Source: Camelus ferus (lineage: Eukaryota). Taken from it: a DNA stretch of 64,000 nucleotides. The notes under the pieces are model-generated. The model did not search any database, was not told where the DNA came from, and saw nothing but the letters and a program-made list of their open reading frames with translations. A program made the position numbers and the translations under genes. The DNA lies in the NCBI RefSeq assembly GCF_009834535.1, contig NC_045697.1:12526001-12590000 (forward strand). Direction: 5' to 3'. Below, piece by piece: positions 37,291 through 51,587 of the stretch. Within the stretch, counting starts at the first letter, position 1, and each line of letters opens with the position of its first letter.

Positions 37291-38970
37291 GCACATATCC
37301 TCTCAGTAGTTGGGGTGCAGGATTTTTCTGGCTGTGGATGCCAGAAAATTCCCTTGAAACCAGGAGCCAGTGCTCTTCTACCCTTGCCTCTTCCTTCTTC
37401 TAGGTTACTTAGGAAGAAGGTAAGTCTAGGCTACTTTCTTGATCGAAATAATTTTCCTTAACTCATTGAACCTCTTGGCAGTTACTGGATTATCAATTCA
37501 AGTCCAAGTGAAAAGCCAGATTTTCCACTGAAAGCGTCTTCATGCCCCTAAGTTACAGTGGATTTCCTTTTTATTTGATGCTTCATTGGAAATAAAACAT
37601 TGAGAAATTATCAGCAGTCTATTCTTACAGATGCCTTACAAGAACAAACTTCTAATGGCAACATGACATCTTTTATTTTTTGCTTTGTTGTCTTGGTTTC
37701 TAGGTTTTAGCTTTAGCTACAAGAGACAACTTGAAACGTCTTGCACTATGTAGTAAACATCTGATAATATGTGCAAAACAGAAGTTTCTGGTACTCTGGT
37801 GATGACTTTTAACCTAGAGATAGGAAGAAAATATTAGAAGCATTATGCAGTTAACATTGGTTAAAAGTAAGTTCTTACAGATGGGACATTCATTATGTTG
37901 CAGTACAGTGAATACTTTTTTCCCTTAGAAATTAGCTAATTATGTATATCAATTTTTTTTTTGTAATTTTAACACATTTTCTTCTTGGAATTTAATAAGG
38001 ATTTTTGAAACGTGCATAACCTCATCACATATAATTGTCTAAAATAAACTGAAGCCAACAACAGAACAACAAATGCAATGAAAACAATTCAAAACACAGC
38101 TTACTTTTAAATAAAACTTGTAGAAACATCTATGGAACCATTAATTTCATTATGACTCTGAATAATTCATTCAACCTCTCCCAGCCTGTTTCTTTTTATT
38201 CTGTGAAAGGAGGAAACTGTGCCCATTTAACAAAGATTAGATGGAATTATTTATATGAAAATATTAAGCACAGTGGATGATGAAGCAGGAGCTGTATTCA
38301 ACTTCCCTCCTTCTTCCTTTCCTCTCATTCCCCTTTTTTCTTCTTTTATTCCTCTCTGTGCCTTCAAGAAGTCTTCAGGGCACACTGCGGGATAGGGAGA
38401 AAAAAAAGAGATGAGGAGAAAGTGGGGCTTGTTTAGATAAGACTGGAATTATACTGAGAAACAGACTTCTTAAATGGCGATGCCCCTTAGCTGTTTCAGC
38501 ACCAGGAGGAAGAGTGACAAGTTCTTAGGGGAAGCATCGCAGTGATCAGGATTCTGTGCAAAGTGGATTTATTCTCAGCTTGGACCCCTAACAGGAGGTA
38601 ACTTTACTTGGCAAGGAAGATTAAACATCCTTCTTCCAACCATAGCAGGTATACTAATACTGAATATGCCAGAAGGAAAAAAGATTGAAACAGTGTAGCT
38701 GGGCAAGATAATGAGGTAGAGTACTGGATCCAAAAGCCATTTTCGTTAGCAAGTAAAGCAAGTAATCAGCCGTAAGTAGTACTTACTGGAAGATGGCAAA
38801 TTCTTCCACAGAAATAGTTTACTGAAGACAAAGACTACTTTGAACAAGCACATAATCAAAATCATGGACTTCCTGCAATCAGTAATAACTAAAGCGGAGT
38901 GTGGGCATCCTGGCAAATGACAGCGTGGATAATAAGATCAATCCTGGACCAGAATGATTTCCTTAGCCCC

Positions 38971-39609
38971 TATATTAGTTTTCTATTGCTGTGGAAGAAA
39001 TTACTACACACATTTATTATCTTGAACTTTCCACGGGGTCAAGAGTCTGGGCACAGCTTAGCTGGGTCTCTTGCTCAGTCTCACAAGGCTCCAATCAGGG
39101 TATCAGTCTGGCTCTGTTCTCACGTGGAGGCTTGTCGGGGGGAGAATCTGCTTCTCATCTCATTTATGTTGTTGGCGGAATTTACTTCTTTGTGGCTTAT
39201 GACTAAAACCCCATTTTCTGCTGTATGTAGGATGGAGGCTGCCCTTGGGTCCTAGCCAGGCGGACTTCCTCAGCATGGCTGCTCACTTCCTCAAGCCAAT
39301 GAGAAGACTCTCTTACCTGAGGAAGGGCCCAGTCTCTCTTGTAAGGAGTCTCACCTGATTAAGTCAGAGCCACTCAGATGACCCCTTTTTGATTAACTCA
39401 AAAATAACTTTTATAGGACTTTAATTGCCTCTGCAAATCCTTTCACCTTTGCCTTATAATGTAACCTAATCAAGGAAGTGACATCTCATCACCTTTGACA
39501 TGGTCCTTTGTTTGGAGGGAAGTCGCAGGTCCCACCCATACTCGAGGAGAAGGGATGTGATTTCCAGGGGGCAGGAACATAGGCTCTGTCCTAGGATCTG
39601 TCCACTGCA
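38971..39609 (-). mobile_element. MLT1E-type MaLR solo LTR
   Basis: 'tattagttttctattgctg...gagtctgggcacagcttagctgggtc...tcacctgattaagtcag...ttgattaactcaaa'. Confidence 0.85.
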
Positions 39610-39844
39610 GCCAAATTGGTTGAGGTTTATTGCTGGTTACGAGTAACTAGAGATAAGCTTAAGAATTCCTGTATACTCTTCACATTTGTATAATTTCATT
39701 CAATAAACTATATAACTTAGGTAATTTCACTCAACAAACTGTCTGGTAACAACATACAGCATAGGACTGATCATTACCAATGAGCCCTCTTTCATCTTTA
39801 CATAGACTTAAGTTAATGGAATCCACAAAGGATCTGCATGTCTT

Positions 39845-40645
39845 TATTCATTCATTCAACAAATACCTGATGATCATTGACTGTAACTGGGGCCTTATTT
39901 AGGTGCTGGGCATATTACAGCAAACAAAAAGATTTAAAATAATTCATGTCCTCATGAACCATATATGTTAGAGAAGCAGAGAGACGATAAACCAGATGAA
40001 TTAGTAAATATTTGCGTTGCGTTTGGTAGTTGGTACCTGCTAAGGAAAGGGGGTAGGTTGATATTTTCAAGTCTGTGGGCAGGGAAGGGATCTAAGAAGG
40101 TCATATGTGAGTAAAGACCTGAATAAATAAGGGAATAAGCCGTGAGAGCATTTGAGAGGTGAGCGTCCTGAGCAGGGAGAAGAGGAAGTGCAGGCCAGGG
40201 TATTGAAGACGTGTCCGGTGGGTTTGAGGCACAGCAAAGAGCTTGGAGTGGCTGCAGCTGAGTGAGCCAGGGAGCCCCACAGGTGACAGAGTGAGAGAGG
40301 AAAAGGGAGACTGAATCAAGCAGGGTTCTGTACATCTTTGTAAGAAATTTGTTGTTTTCTCTGGGATGGGAGCAATTGGAACATTTTAGACAGAGGAGGG
40401 ACTTGATCTGATCTAAATTTTAACAGGGTCACCCTGGCAGCTGTGTTGAGAATGACTGAGGGCATTGAGAGTGAAACAGGGGAACCACTAAATAGAATAT
40501 TGCGATGATTCAGGTGAGAGATGATGGTGTGGTTTGAACCAGCTGTGGAGGCATGAAAATGGATTTGTCAGAAGGTGAAACTGAAAGAATTTGCTGACAC
40601 TTCATATGTAGGTTATAAAAGAAGGGCAGAAGACAAGAATGACTA
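39845..40645 (-). mobile_element. L2a LINE 3' fragment
   Basis: (ttca)n tail 'tattcattcattcaacaaata', 'taggtgctggg', 'ttttaacagggtcaccctggcagctgtgttgagaat'. Confidence 0.85.
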
Positions 40646-41609
40646 TATCCACATCTGTATGTATATTTATACACTAATTTATGTTATAATATTAATATGT
40701 CAGAATTTTTACATTAAGCTTACCACTTAGCCATCTTAATTGCTACATATCCTAGGTGAATGAATGTATATAATTCATATATATATGGTGGGGCTGCATT
40801 GAGCTTACTCTAATTCAGTTGTGTTTGGTAAAATAAAGAAATCCTGTAGAATGATAATTTGTATGTATATTCCTCATATACACTACATGCATTATTAAAT
40901 ACATTAGACATTCACATACACATGTTACTTTGTTGAGTTAAATACACAAAGCAATGTAAACTGTGCTTTATGGGCAATTTAAGAGATTTATCAAGCATAA
41001 TTTTTAGTACATGCAGTTTTCATCTTTCAAATTTATTCTAGAATCCTACTCCTGAGAGAGAAGTGCCTTTGCTTTAAACCTGAACTGAGTGGCCCTTCCC
41101 TGATTTTAGCATCCACAGTTCTGGTGCCCAGGACTGACCGTGCAGCTGAGCAGCACTTCTCTGAGCACTGTGTCTTCCCGGGGCTGGCTCAGCCCCTCTG
41201 CGTGCTGCAGAGCAGAGGTGGGACGGACAGAGGGCTGCTTCCTGGGCCCGTCCTCTCTGACCACCACGTCCTCTGCTGCCAGTGACAGTGGAATCTACTC
41301 AGTTCTGGTGGATTAGTAGAAAAACGGGGATTTTTAAACTCAAGATTTTACAAAATAATAAACCGTTCTAGTTCAAAATGACTGGTGATACTATAGATTG
41401 GGCTATACATATTTTGATAAAAATTATATTGACAATGTGGAAATGTGTGCGAAATAAACACGTTAATATTTATTTAATCCTAAGTGGCTACCCTTTCACC
41501 AGCTGTGTGGTCCCCTTCTAACGCTGGTTTCTCCTCCACGGATGATCGTTAGATCCTCTGTCATCTGTCCAGGAAGCGTGGCCTTTTGGGTGCACTAGAG
41601 CAGAGCAGT

Positions 41610-42150
41610 CTACCTGTTAGCAGTATTTCATTTGTAAATGAGAGAACATTTGGCCTAAATGGCTTAAATAAAGGGAAATTTACTGGCTCATGTAATTGAA
41701 CAGCACAGAGGTAGGACTGACTGCAGGCACCATTTATGGTTCTCATGTTTCACTAGGCCTCCAGCTCTGCCTTTTGGCAAGTTCCTAGGATCTGAGTTTC
41801 GGCTTGTGTGGTTTGTCCTCATAGGCTCCATTCATAATAGATGCAAGGGCTCCTGGTTGTTCGAGACTGTGCCCAATACCACAAGCGTAGGAAGAGAAGT
41901 CTGTATCCCAGAACAAACTTGGGGCATTCTGATTGAATCAGTGTGGGTCACATTACCTGGGCTAACTCTATTGTCAGGCAAATGCAATCTATTGATTAGC
42001 TCAGGCCTGAATTTCTTGCCCATCCATGGAAGAATAACTTTGGCTGAGGAGTTGGAATAGGTTATTGGAATGTAGCTAATTCAGGCCCAGCCTGGATCTC
42101 TCTGGTCTGGGGACAATTCTCTGTTGCACCACATGGTGGAATAAAAATAG
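41610..42150 (-). mobile_element. Old MaLR LTR (MLT1K/L-like)
   Basis: 'aaatggcttaaataaagggaaatttactggctcatgtaattgaa' and 'ctgattgaatcagtgtgggtcaca'. Confidence 0.6.
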
Positions 42151-42604
42151 GTGGTATCTGAATAAAATTCATGGCATCTGAATGCAGATCAAGTGGAAAC
42201 TGTTCAGTAGATGTCTAGGACATGTAGAAACTCAAATGTTTCATGTCTGGCTTGACTTGGGCCAAAGAAAAGGCTGTGCAGTGAGTGGTGCGTAGGTTTA
42301 CATGCCAGGCAGCCCACTCCCGTCCACCGTGCCCCTCTTCCTCAGTTCTATTGCTGTGTCTATGGCACCCTCTACATCCTAACACATATGTTTATACCTA
42401 ACTCCTTCCCTACATGAAAAACTACCTGATAATATTCATGAAGGGGAATGCCTGCCTTTGAGAACAGGAACTTGTGCATGTGTTCTGGGATTTTTGCTAG
42501 GACCCTGGCACAGGGCTCTGTGTCATTTTTACCGATTAGCTTTTTATAATAAAATTTGAGAGTTTCTCTATTTTGGCAGTTGCCTTTTTAAAATCTCTGT
42601 CTCT

Positions 42605-43220
42605 CTCTAGTGTTGGTTTTCTATTGCTGCCATAAGAACTTACCATACAACTTAGTGGCTTAAAATGACACTAATTTACTATCTTAAAGTTTTGTTGATC
42701 AAAATTCCATCACTGGTCTCACCTGGCTACAATCAAGATGCTGGGTGGACTGCATTTCTTTCTGGAGGCTCTAGGGGACAGCCTGTTTCTTTACTCATTC
42801 AGGTTGTGGGCACAGCCCCATTCCTTGCAGTGGTGCAACTGAGATCCTATTTTCTTGCTGGCTGTTAGGTGAGGTGGTTCCAAGTTTAGAGACCACCACA
42901 TTCCTTGGCATGTGGCCCCTTAACTCCCTCTTCAAGGACAGCAACAGTAGATTGAGTCTTTCTCAAATCACATCTCTCTAACTCAGTGTGGAAGATTATC
43001 CATTCTTAAGGACTTGTATTATTAGGTAGCACCTACCCAAATAATCCAGGAAAACCTTGCCTCTTTAGTGGTCAGCTGATTAGCAACATTAATTTCCATC
43101 TGCAACTGAACAGATAAAATTATGTAACACAATTTTCCATATAGCATAACATATTCACAAATTTGAGGATTAGGATGCAGACATCTTGGGGGCCTAGTAT
43201 TCTTCCTGTCTCCCTTCACA
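42605..43220 (-). mobile_element. MLT1D/E-type MaLR solo LTR
   Basis: 'ttttctattgctgccataa...cttagtggcttaaaa...ctttctggaggctctagggga...cacattccttggcatgtggcccc...gacatcttggggg'. Confidence 0.85.
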
Positions 43221-43899
43221 CACATACACAACTGGCTCACATTCATTTCTCACCTCTTTCTCATTTAATTATTACAATTACTAATTTCATAAACCAATCC
43301 TTAATTTAAAATATGGATGAAACTCTTAGCCAGGAATTGGTGGAGTGAATTTCTGCTTTGGTCTAGTTTTGGCTTCCTTTGGTTGTTATTCTGGATTGTT
43401 ATCATTGTACTTGACATAAGCGTTCATTGAACTGGCCACTGATTATATCAGGAATTACATCCCATTTGAAAAACTCTGGACTGTCTTTCTTCTCTCTGTA
43501 GTGTCATGGTTTTGAGGGTGCAAAAATAAATTCTAGGTTAAGTGCTGTCTCAGATCATATTAAAAAATAAACATTCCAGTGGTGCTTCCTGGTTCATGCT
43601 GTCAACTGTTTTTCCAAGTTCATGGTGGTTGAGATTTTGCTTTTTGAACTATTTCATGCCTATTTGCATGTTCACTTTGACCACATCACTTCCCTTTCCA
43701 GAGCTCTAAACTGACTTTGAATTGCAAATTGCATTCTATCTATTGACTGAGTTAAATGCTTACTCAGTTGCCTAGAGGAAAGAAATGTTTCTTTGAGCTG
43801 CTTGAACCCTAGTTATCTTTGGCCAAGACCCACTATATTTAAAAAGCCTATATATCCTGCTTGACATTCATGTTCACTCAAGATAATAATCAGTAATGT

Positions 43900-44120
43900 T
43901 TTGGGGATGGTACCATGCACCATGTATTTTGCATGCACTCTGCTTGAATTCCCATAATATCCCTACAGGGGTATGTGCTGTTGTCAGTTCTGTTTTACAG
44001 ACAAGGAAGTAAAACAAGGAGGGTGAAGTCAGTTGTCCAAGGCCATATAGCGGTGAAGTGTCAGGACTGAAACTTCTGCTCACTAACAAGAATGCCTCTG
44101 CCCTTAACCATTAAGCTGTG
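43900..44120 (-). mobile_element. MIR SINE
   Basis: 'gttttacagacaaggaag...ttgtccaaggccatatagc...cccttaacca'. Confidence 0.7.
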
Positions 44121-44294
44121 AATGCCCCATGAAATTTAGTCCCTTTTAAAGTGGCAATTTTACTGTTAGTATGAGGGCATATGTCGATCAAATATTACTG
44201 TTGCTTTACTGGCAGGAAATTGAGTGCTATAGTTGCCCTAGTCAGATGTCTAATAGTCATAATTGCATAACTATCCTTCCATTTCCTCTTTCAG

Positions 44295-44314
44295 AGAAAG
44301 CGGTATCATGGCAG
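44295..44314 (+). other. Candidate 20-nt microexon of an unidentified gene
   Basis: Long pyrimidine tract 'ctatccttccatttcctctttcag', exon AGAAAGCGGTATCATGGCAG, donor CAG|gtaacc; contains an ATG in strong Kozak context (atcATGG). Confidence 0.3.
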
Positions 44315-46269
44315 GTAACCAATTTTTATAGATTATCATAGTCTATACTTTCTGTTTCAGCTAATAGGGTTTTTTTTTTTTTTTTTCCCACCTGTTGGAC
44401 CATACTTTAGAATCTCTCCTATGATTGATTAGGGAAAAGTGTTTCTCTGTTTCCTTCTTAAAATTAGGAATGGCTCTGGGAAATGTTTAGGAAGATATAT
44501 AAATTTCATATGCAAGACATTTTTATTGTCATTCAGAATTAATCATCTATGCCATATTCCAGTGCTAGCATTCATAGGATGCATTTATTTGGTGCCAATC
44601 TTAAAGCCGAAGATAACAAAGAAAGTGATAAAAAGAAAAAGAGTTCATTTCATTTCCTAAGATTCTTTAGGTAGGCTCTTACAGTTTTCATTTATTTTGC
44701 AGATCTGTTCAGCCAAAAATAAGCTATAATAATATCTTATGGTCCTTCTAAACTATTTCCAAGCTCTTGGAAATAGATGCAAGCCTTTATCATATGTGCA
44801 AAAAACGGTAGTTGGGAAATTATTAGATAATTAACCTGCTAAAGAGGTCCCTACCCCGTGTTTAACAGTCTAGCATCCAGAATGTCACCTTCACTCCCAG
44901 GGAGATGCTACAAGCCCATGCATATCTCAGTCTTGGAGAATAAGAAACAAAAACGTATCATGGAGAATCATGAGACATATAAGGAGAACAAGCCCTAGGA
45001 AGGAAAGGCACAAATAGAACATGCATGAAAGAGGATGTAGAATCAGTGGAACACATACAACAAAGATTTAAACTAAACATAGTCTTTGTTTTCATTGAGA
45101 TAAAGGAGAATATGGGAAATATGAAGTAGATCAGATAGTTATGAAGAAATAACTCAAGGAGTTAGAATTGAAAAATGCTATCTTTAAACTAAATTACTGC
45201 ATGGATGCGTTGAATAATAAACTTAGGATAGCCGAAGAACAAACTAATGAACTATATGATCAAGGTGAAAAACTCTCCTGGAAGACATCAGGAAATGATA
45301 AATCATAAAGAGTGAAAGTGAGATTAAGGGAAAGGATAGAAGTAGAAATATCAATGGCTAACTAAAGGGACTTTCAGAATAAGTGCAAAGAATAAATGGC
45401 AAGTGAAAGAAGAAATAATGAACAATAACTTACCAGAATTGGACAGATATAAACCCTTAGGTGCTGATAGAATTGATAAGAAAAATCTATACTTAGATCC
45501 ATTATAGTGACATTTGAGGACAAAAAAGACAACAGTAACTTCAGACAAAGCAAGTGGTGACATCAGTCTTTTCAACAGTAACACTGGATACAAGAAGACA
45601 GTAATAAAATATCTTCACATTGTTGATGGAAAATAACTTTGAACGAGTATCTATTGAACCTGTTATTTAAAGTTATCAGATATGTCAAGGTCTCATAAAG
45701 TTCACTAAACAAGAGAGCCTCAATAAATTCCAAAAATTCAGTGTCATTCAGGACATGAAATATAGTTATAATTTAAGAAAATTAGGAATCAACAACAAAG
45801 CCTAAAGTTTAGACAGCATAGTAAACATAATGTTCATACTATTAAATGAAAAGGAGAATACAGCAAGGGAAGCTATAAAATATTTAGGCTAAATGGCAAT
45901 GAAAGCACATGTTAACACCTGTGGGATTCAGATTAGAAGGAAATTAATGAATTTGAAACAGTTATCAGAGAAGAAAAAGAACTATTGAAATAAATTAGCT
46001 TGGCATTCAAATTAAGAAGTGAGGTAAAGAGCAACAGAGTAAACCCTAAGAAACAAGAAAAAAAAAATCATAAAGGCAAAGGTAGAATTGAATAAAATAT
46101 TGCTACATTAAAAAATGAGAGAGAGTTCACAACTCCTGAAACTTGTTCTTTCAGAAGACAGATAAAACAGATAAAATGGCAGGACCTATATGAAAAAAAA
46201 AGATAGGCTATTTAAATAAACAAAATGCAGACGGACAAGTTGAAGATAAATATACATATAGTACATATT

Positions 46270-46685
46270 TAAGACAAATACTTTATGATGTCACTTACAT
46301 GTGGAATCTAAAAATGCCACACTTGTAGAAACAGAGAGTAGAATGGGAGTAGCATGGTGTTTACCAGGGGCTGAGGGGTTGGGGAACTGGGGAGATGTAT
46401 GTCAAAGACTATAAACTTCCAGCTTGAAGAAGTTCTGAGGACTTAATGCACAGCACTGTGATTATAATTAGCAATAGTGTATTATACATTTAAAAGTTGC
46501 TAAGTGAGCAGATCTTAAATATTCTCACTGAAGAAAAGAAAATGATGTGATGGAGGTATTAGCTAAAACTACAGTGGTGATTATATAGCAACATGAAATT
46601 GTATTAAATCAACACATTGTATACCTTAAACTTATACACAATGTTATATGTCAACAATACTTCAGTAAAGCTGAATAATAAAATA
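46270..46685 (+). mobile_element. L1MA-type 3' end nested in the older L1
   Basis: 'aagacaaatac...cacttacatgtggaatctaaaaa...ttgtataccttaaacttataca..atgttatatgtcaa'. Confidence 0.85.
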
Positions 46686-47364
46686 AGATTTTGCAAATAA
46701 TACTTGAATAAATTTTAAAATAAGTAACAGTAAGAGATAAGTTTTCCCTCAAGTGTCAAAAAAGGCAAAAATAAAGGAAAACCAGAATAGATTAGTAACC
46801 ATTAAAGTAATTGAAATAGATTTTCAAATTTTCCCTTATCCCCTAATCTCAGTAGTTTTGCATATAAATTCAATCAATCTGTCAAAGACAAGATAATTTA
46901 TTTCTTATACATATTATTACAGAAAAAATAATTAAAAAGAAAGTTTGAGCAGCTTTAAGTTAATAAACTTAATAAACTAAGTTTATAGGCCAGTTCTATT
47001 AACGAACAGACATGTAAATATCCAGAAGAAAATATTAACTGAGCACAGCAAGGCATAATAATTGTATTATAATGTGATAGTATCTGTCCCCAAAATGCCA
47101 GGATGATTCAACTCAGAACAAAATCTATTATCTTGACAGGTGTGGACAAAGAACTGGATAAATGTCAACAATTATTCATGCTTAAAATTTTTACAAAATA
47201 AGCAATAGAAATTAACTTCCTTAACTTAAAAAAGACTTTTAAAAGGACCCTATAGGGAATAGGATTCCTATTTAATGGAAATCGTTAGCTACATTAACCT
47301 TTAACGTAGGGAACAAGACAGTGATTCCCATTCTTCTTGCTATCATTTAACCAGTTCCTACAGG

Positions 47365-47539
47365 CAGGCAATCAGATCATCCTGGCTTGCCCAGGACTTG
47401 CCTAGATTAAGCACTGCGTCCTGGGAAACTCTTCAGTCCTAGGAAAACTTGGTTTGGCTGGATAGTCAAAGTGTCAAAAGTGAAGTTCTGTGTCCTAGAA
47501 ACCTTCTCAGACAGGCAAACAGGACAGTTGGTTAACCTA
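47365..47539. mobile_element. MER94-like hAT-Blackjack MITE with an internal partial duplication
   Basis: 'catcctggcttgcccaggact...gtcctgggaaac...gtcctagaaacc...ggcaaacaggacagttggttaacct'. Confidence 0.6.
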
Positions 47540-47779
47540 CTGCTGGTCTTAACTAAAGCAGTGACACAAGAAAAAGACCCATGAAGTATAAAGATTAGAA
47601 AAAAAGAGATAGAGTTTTTATTATTTAAAGAGATAAATTTACATAAAATTATCAAAGTGCTAATACCAAGACAATAATACAAAACATGCTGAATCTAAAC
47701 TTAGCAATAAAAATCTATTGGATTCATTAATAAACAACCAGAAATGTAGAATAATACCATTTATAAAAGCCACAGAAAC

Positions 47780-49810
47780 CTGCATGTGAGTGTTTACAGC
47801 TGCTTTATTCAAAATAATCAGAAACTGGAAACAATGAAGATGTCCTTCATAGGTAAACAGATGAAAAGATTGTGATAGATTCATAAAAAGACGAGTATTC
47901 CATGTTAAGAAATGAGTGAGCAAGCAACAATAAGATATGAACGAATCTTAATAACATATTGCTAAGTGAAAGAAACCAGACTGAAAAACCTATATGCTGA
48001 GTGATTTTAGTTATATGATAATCTGGAAAGGGCAAAACTATAAAGATGGTACAAAGATCAGTGATTGCTAAGAGTTTGAGAAGAGGATGGAGGGTTGAAT
48101 GGGTGAAGCCCAGGGTATTTTTTAAGGTGGTGAAACTATTATGTATGATTCTATAGTAGATACATGACACTATGCATTTGTCAAAACCCACAGACCTGAA
48201 CTGCACATTAGTGAACCTGAATGTATGCACATTTAAAAATCGTTTAGGAGACTTGGAGATCCCATGATAAAATGCAGAATGTGGCAAAACAGAAAATAGT
48301 CTAAGTGTATTTCAAATTGTAAAACAACCTACTGAAGGGGTAAGGAGGAAAGGCACTGACCTAAGTAACTTTAGAATTGAGTCCAGTCCATAAGATGAAA
48401 GGAAAAAGAAGTTGCACATGTACATCATATTCTAGTTGATAAAATAGTTTATGACAGGGATACAGGTGAACAATTCTGGTACAGCTATACATTTATATTT
48501 GGAGTAAAGCAATGAAGTAAATGGTGGATAGTGGTGGCCAGGATTTTCACTGTTGCAATGAGTGTTCACATATAAGCATGAGTAGGAGGCTAGAATGATA
48601 TACGTGGTAATGGATTAGAGTTGGAACACTAGTGTAAACTCATGTTTAGCTCCATATTGATACAGATGGCTACATATAGAAATACTTATAGCTATTGTAT
48701 ATGTACTAGTTATTACACACATGTATTTCTTTGCTTTGTGCCCTGAAAGAGTCTAGTGGCAACAATATCCCAGGAACAGTGAGCGCCCCTAGCTCCCAGA
48801 TTTTTGTTTCTAATACCATTCTTCAACAAAAGGAGCTAGAACTCATTAATGAAGTGGCTAATTCTAGTTCTGAGGCAGGATATACACAAGATGAACTTGG
48901 AGCATCAGTGCCAGAAAGTTAGATTGTGCTCAAGATAAAAATCCCACAGTCATTGGAGTATGTCAGAGGGATCAAGAACCAAATGAAAGAGTTCCCAGTG
49001 CCCAAAGCTGAAAACGGTTAGAGCAGCAAGGGATAAAAATAATCGGTTTACAATACAGGTGTAAAATAAATAGCCATGGGTCCATACCAGTATAAATAAA
49101 TGATTGAATAAATAAATAAATGAGGGAGAAGAGACAGATCTCCTATGCAGAGGAGTTCCAAATAGATAATTTATGTAGATATTTCACCCTCATAGATGTG
49201 GAGCGTAACTCTCCACTTCTTAAGTGGGGCAGTGCTTAGTGACTTCCTTTCAAGAGTAATTTTGATTTGAGAAATCTAACAAACATTAACGAAGGCAGGT
49301 AATCAAACTTAACATCTGCTGGGTGAGGAAGTAGTAAGTCATACTGATAATGTATACTGGATGTGATGAAAACAGCGCTTTACTTCTGTGGTCTTATTCC
49401 CCAAAACATATAATCTTTCTAATCATGAAAAAATATCAGACAAATTCCAGTTGAAGGAGATTCTATAAAGTAGCTGATCAGTACTCCTCAAAACTGTCAA
49501 GGTTATAAAAGCAAGGAAAGGCTAAGAAATTGTCACAGACAAGAGGATCTTAAGGAAACATGACTTCTAAATTTAATGTATCTTGGATGAAATAGAAAAA
49601 TAACATTAAGTAAAAAACTAAGGAAATCTGAAAAAAAGGCATAAACTTTAGTTAGTGATAATGCATTAATATTGGTTCATTAATTGTAACAAATGTACCA
49701 CAGTAATGTAAGATATTAATAACAGTGAAAACATTATAGAGATATATGGGAACGCTGTACTAATTTTCTTAAAAATCTAAAGCTATTCTAAAATAAAGCA
49801 TTTAGTAAAA
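47780..49810 (+). mobile_element. L1MC (L1MC3-like) long 3' UTR
   Basis: 'aactggaaacaa...gctaagtgaaagaaaccagact...gaaaggcactgacctaagtaacttt...cagtactcctcaaaactgtcaagg...ttggttcattaattgtaacaaatgtacca'. Confidence 0.88.
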
Positions 49811-50019
49811 CATAAAGTTAGTGGTTTTCTCCCCACTATCCTGAGACCTTTTACTAGCTAGCTTATGTTCACTGAGTGTGAATCCTGATATTGTTATCCA
49901 GAAGCTTCTTTTTAATGCTTTTCCTTTTTCAGTGGACTCTTGGGAGTTTCTATTAATTTCAGAATATCAAGGGCAGGATAGCTCTCTTAAAGCTTTTGGT
50001 AAGCTATTTTTGGAAGAAA

Positions 50020-50250
50020 GATAAGAACTAGGGCCTATGAATGGAAGCTAAAGGGAGATAGACTTTGGTCCTTTGGAAGAAAATACTAGTGATTAAATGG
50101 GATGCAGATGAAATGGCCTGACTGAAGTTGACTTCTCATGTCTGGAAATTGTTTAAACAGAGACCTCTTTTAGATCTAGTATACGTGAAGGAGTAGATGA
50201 GATGCTAAATAACAAGGTTGGAATAGTCTTTTTTACTACAGTATTCTGGG
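50020..50250 (+). mobile_element. CR1/L3 LINE 3' fragment
   Basis: 'agaactagggcctatgaatggaagctaaagggagatagacttt...gtctggaaattgtttaaacagag'. Confidence 0.55.
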
Positions 50251-51587
50251 TCCCTACTGAGTTAACAATCTGCTCCTGCAACCAAGACTGACTTCTCATT
50301 CACTCATTTATTCATCCAGCGAATATTTGTGAACCACGTACCAAATGGCTGATCCTTCCCCAAGCCTTAGGTATGCAGCATTGAATAAATAGAATGATCC
50401 CTTTCCCTAGTGCACTGAAACCAAAGCTTCCTTCTGTGGAACAGATCAGGGATAGTTCATAAAAGCCCTTTGTCAGCTAGTTTCAAAGACCACTCCTTTT
50501 GTCTTTAGTGCAGAAACATCCAAAAGAAATAAAATCCAAAGAGTTATTGACTGTAAAGTCCATGCAGATGCTTCAAGGACATCCTTTACTCTTATTAAAC
50601 ATTTTTTGGGGTTGGGGCAGGAGGAATCTGGTTTTGTTGGGCAGTACCTTCTTCCTGTGCCTAACCCAGGACATCATTCTCCCCAAGATAGATCTAAGAA
50701 CCTAACAACGGCTGTGCTGAAGACAAAAATGTGTATAATTTAAAGAGAAGTGGGTCATTTAAAATTCTCATCTTCCTTGTGCCTATAAAGTTCATGCAAT
50801 TTAGGGAAGATCATTCCTTTTAGTTCTGTTTTGGGGATAATAATTCTCCTTTGCAAGTAACCACAGATGTTCTCAACTGTTATGTAAAGTTCAAAAGGAT
50901 GCAGGGTATTTCAGAAGTTTTGCTCATTCATTAATTTAGAGGTCAAAAAGAGGTCAACCCATCTAAAAAAAGGAGGCAATGTTTTATCTAGTGCCTACTA
51001 TGTAAACTTTTTATTTATGGTTTAATTCACTACCTGTAACAATCCTTAGAGACTCAAAGAGTTTAAATAATTTACTCATTTACTGAACTGTTAAGTGGAG
51101 GAGCTAGGCATCAAGCCCATTTGAATCCTGAGTTCTTGCCTCACAAGCAGATTTCTGAGTTTGATGAAAGACATCAGGAACTCTTTCACAAGGTTCTCTT
51201 GGCGTTCTAAGACAGATTAACTTGTTTTCTCTACAGATATTTCTTAGGACATCTTTCTGCTAGATGACTGGGGCACATGCCTGAATAAAATAGACATGGT
51301 TCTTGCAGTATGGAGCTTAGAACACTGTGGAAGAGCCAAACAGTAAACAAGTAAACAAATTTAATAAAACTGTGTAATAATAAATTATGAGATAAGGGCT
51401 TTAAGTAAGCTGAACAAGATGTTATGATAGCAATCAATGAGGCTGGGGAGAAGGTTTCACTTAAAGAAATTGATTGGTTAAAGTCCCTCCGGGCAATGGT
51501 GTAAACTGGTATTTAAGGATGAGCAATTGTCAGCTGTGAAAGGTCAGGGACAGAGTATTGTAGGAATAAATGCAAGACCAAATGTGT

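Larger units (their letters stand above)
44880..47780 (+). mobile_element. Highly decayed L1M (L1ME/M5-like) ORF1/ORF2 fragments carrying nested elements
   Basis: A-rich strand, 'gcctcaataaattccaaaa', 'aatgccaggatgattcaac', 'gggaacaagacagtgattccca'. Confidence 0.7.

Noticed and set aside
38494..38515. REST/RE1 site (ttcagcacc)
   Set aside because: Only the left half-site matches; the GGACAG half is absent
47246..47273. Adjacent short palindromes (ccctataggg, aataggattcctatt)
   Set aside because: Too short, inside a decayed L1, and expected by chance in 64 kb
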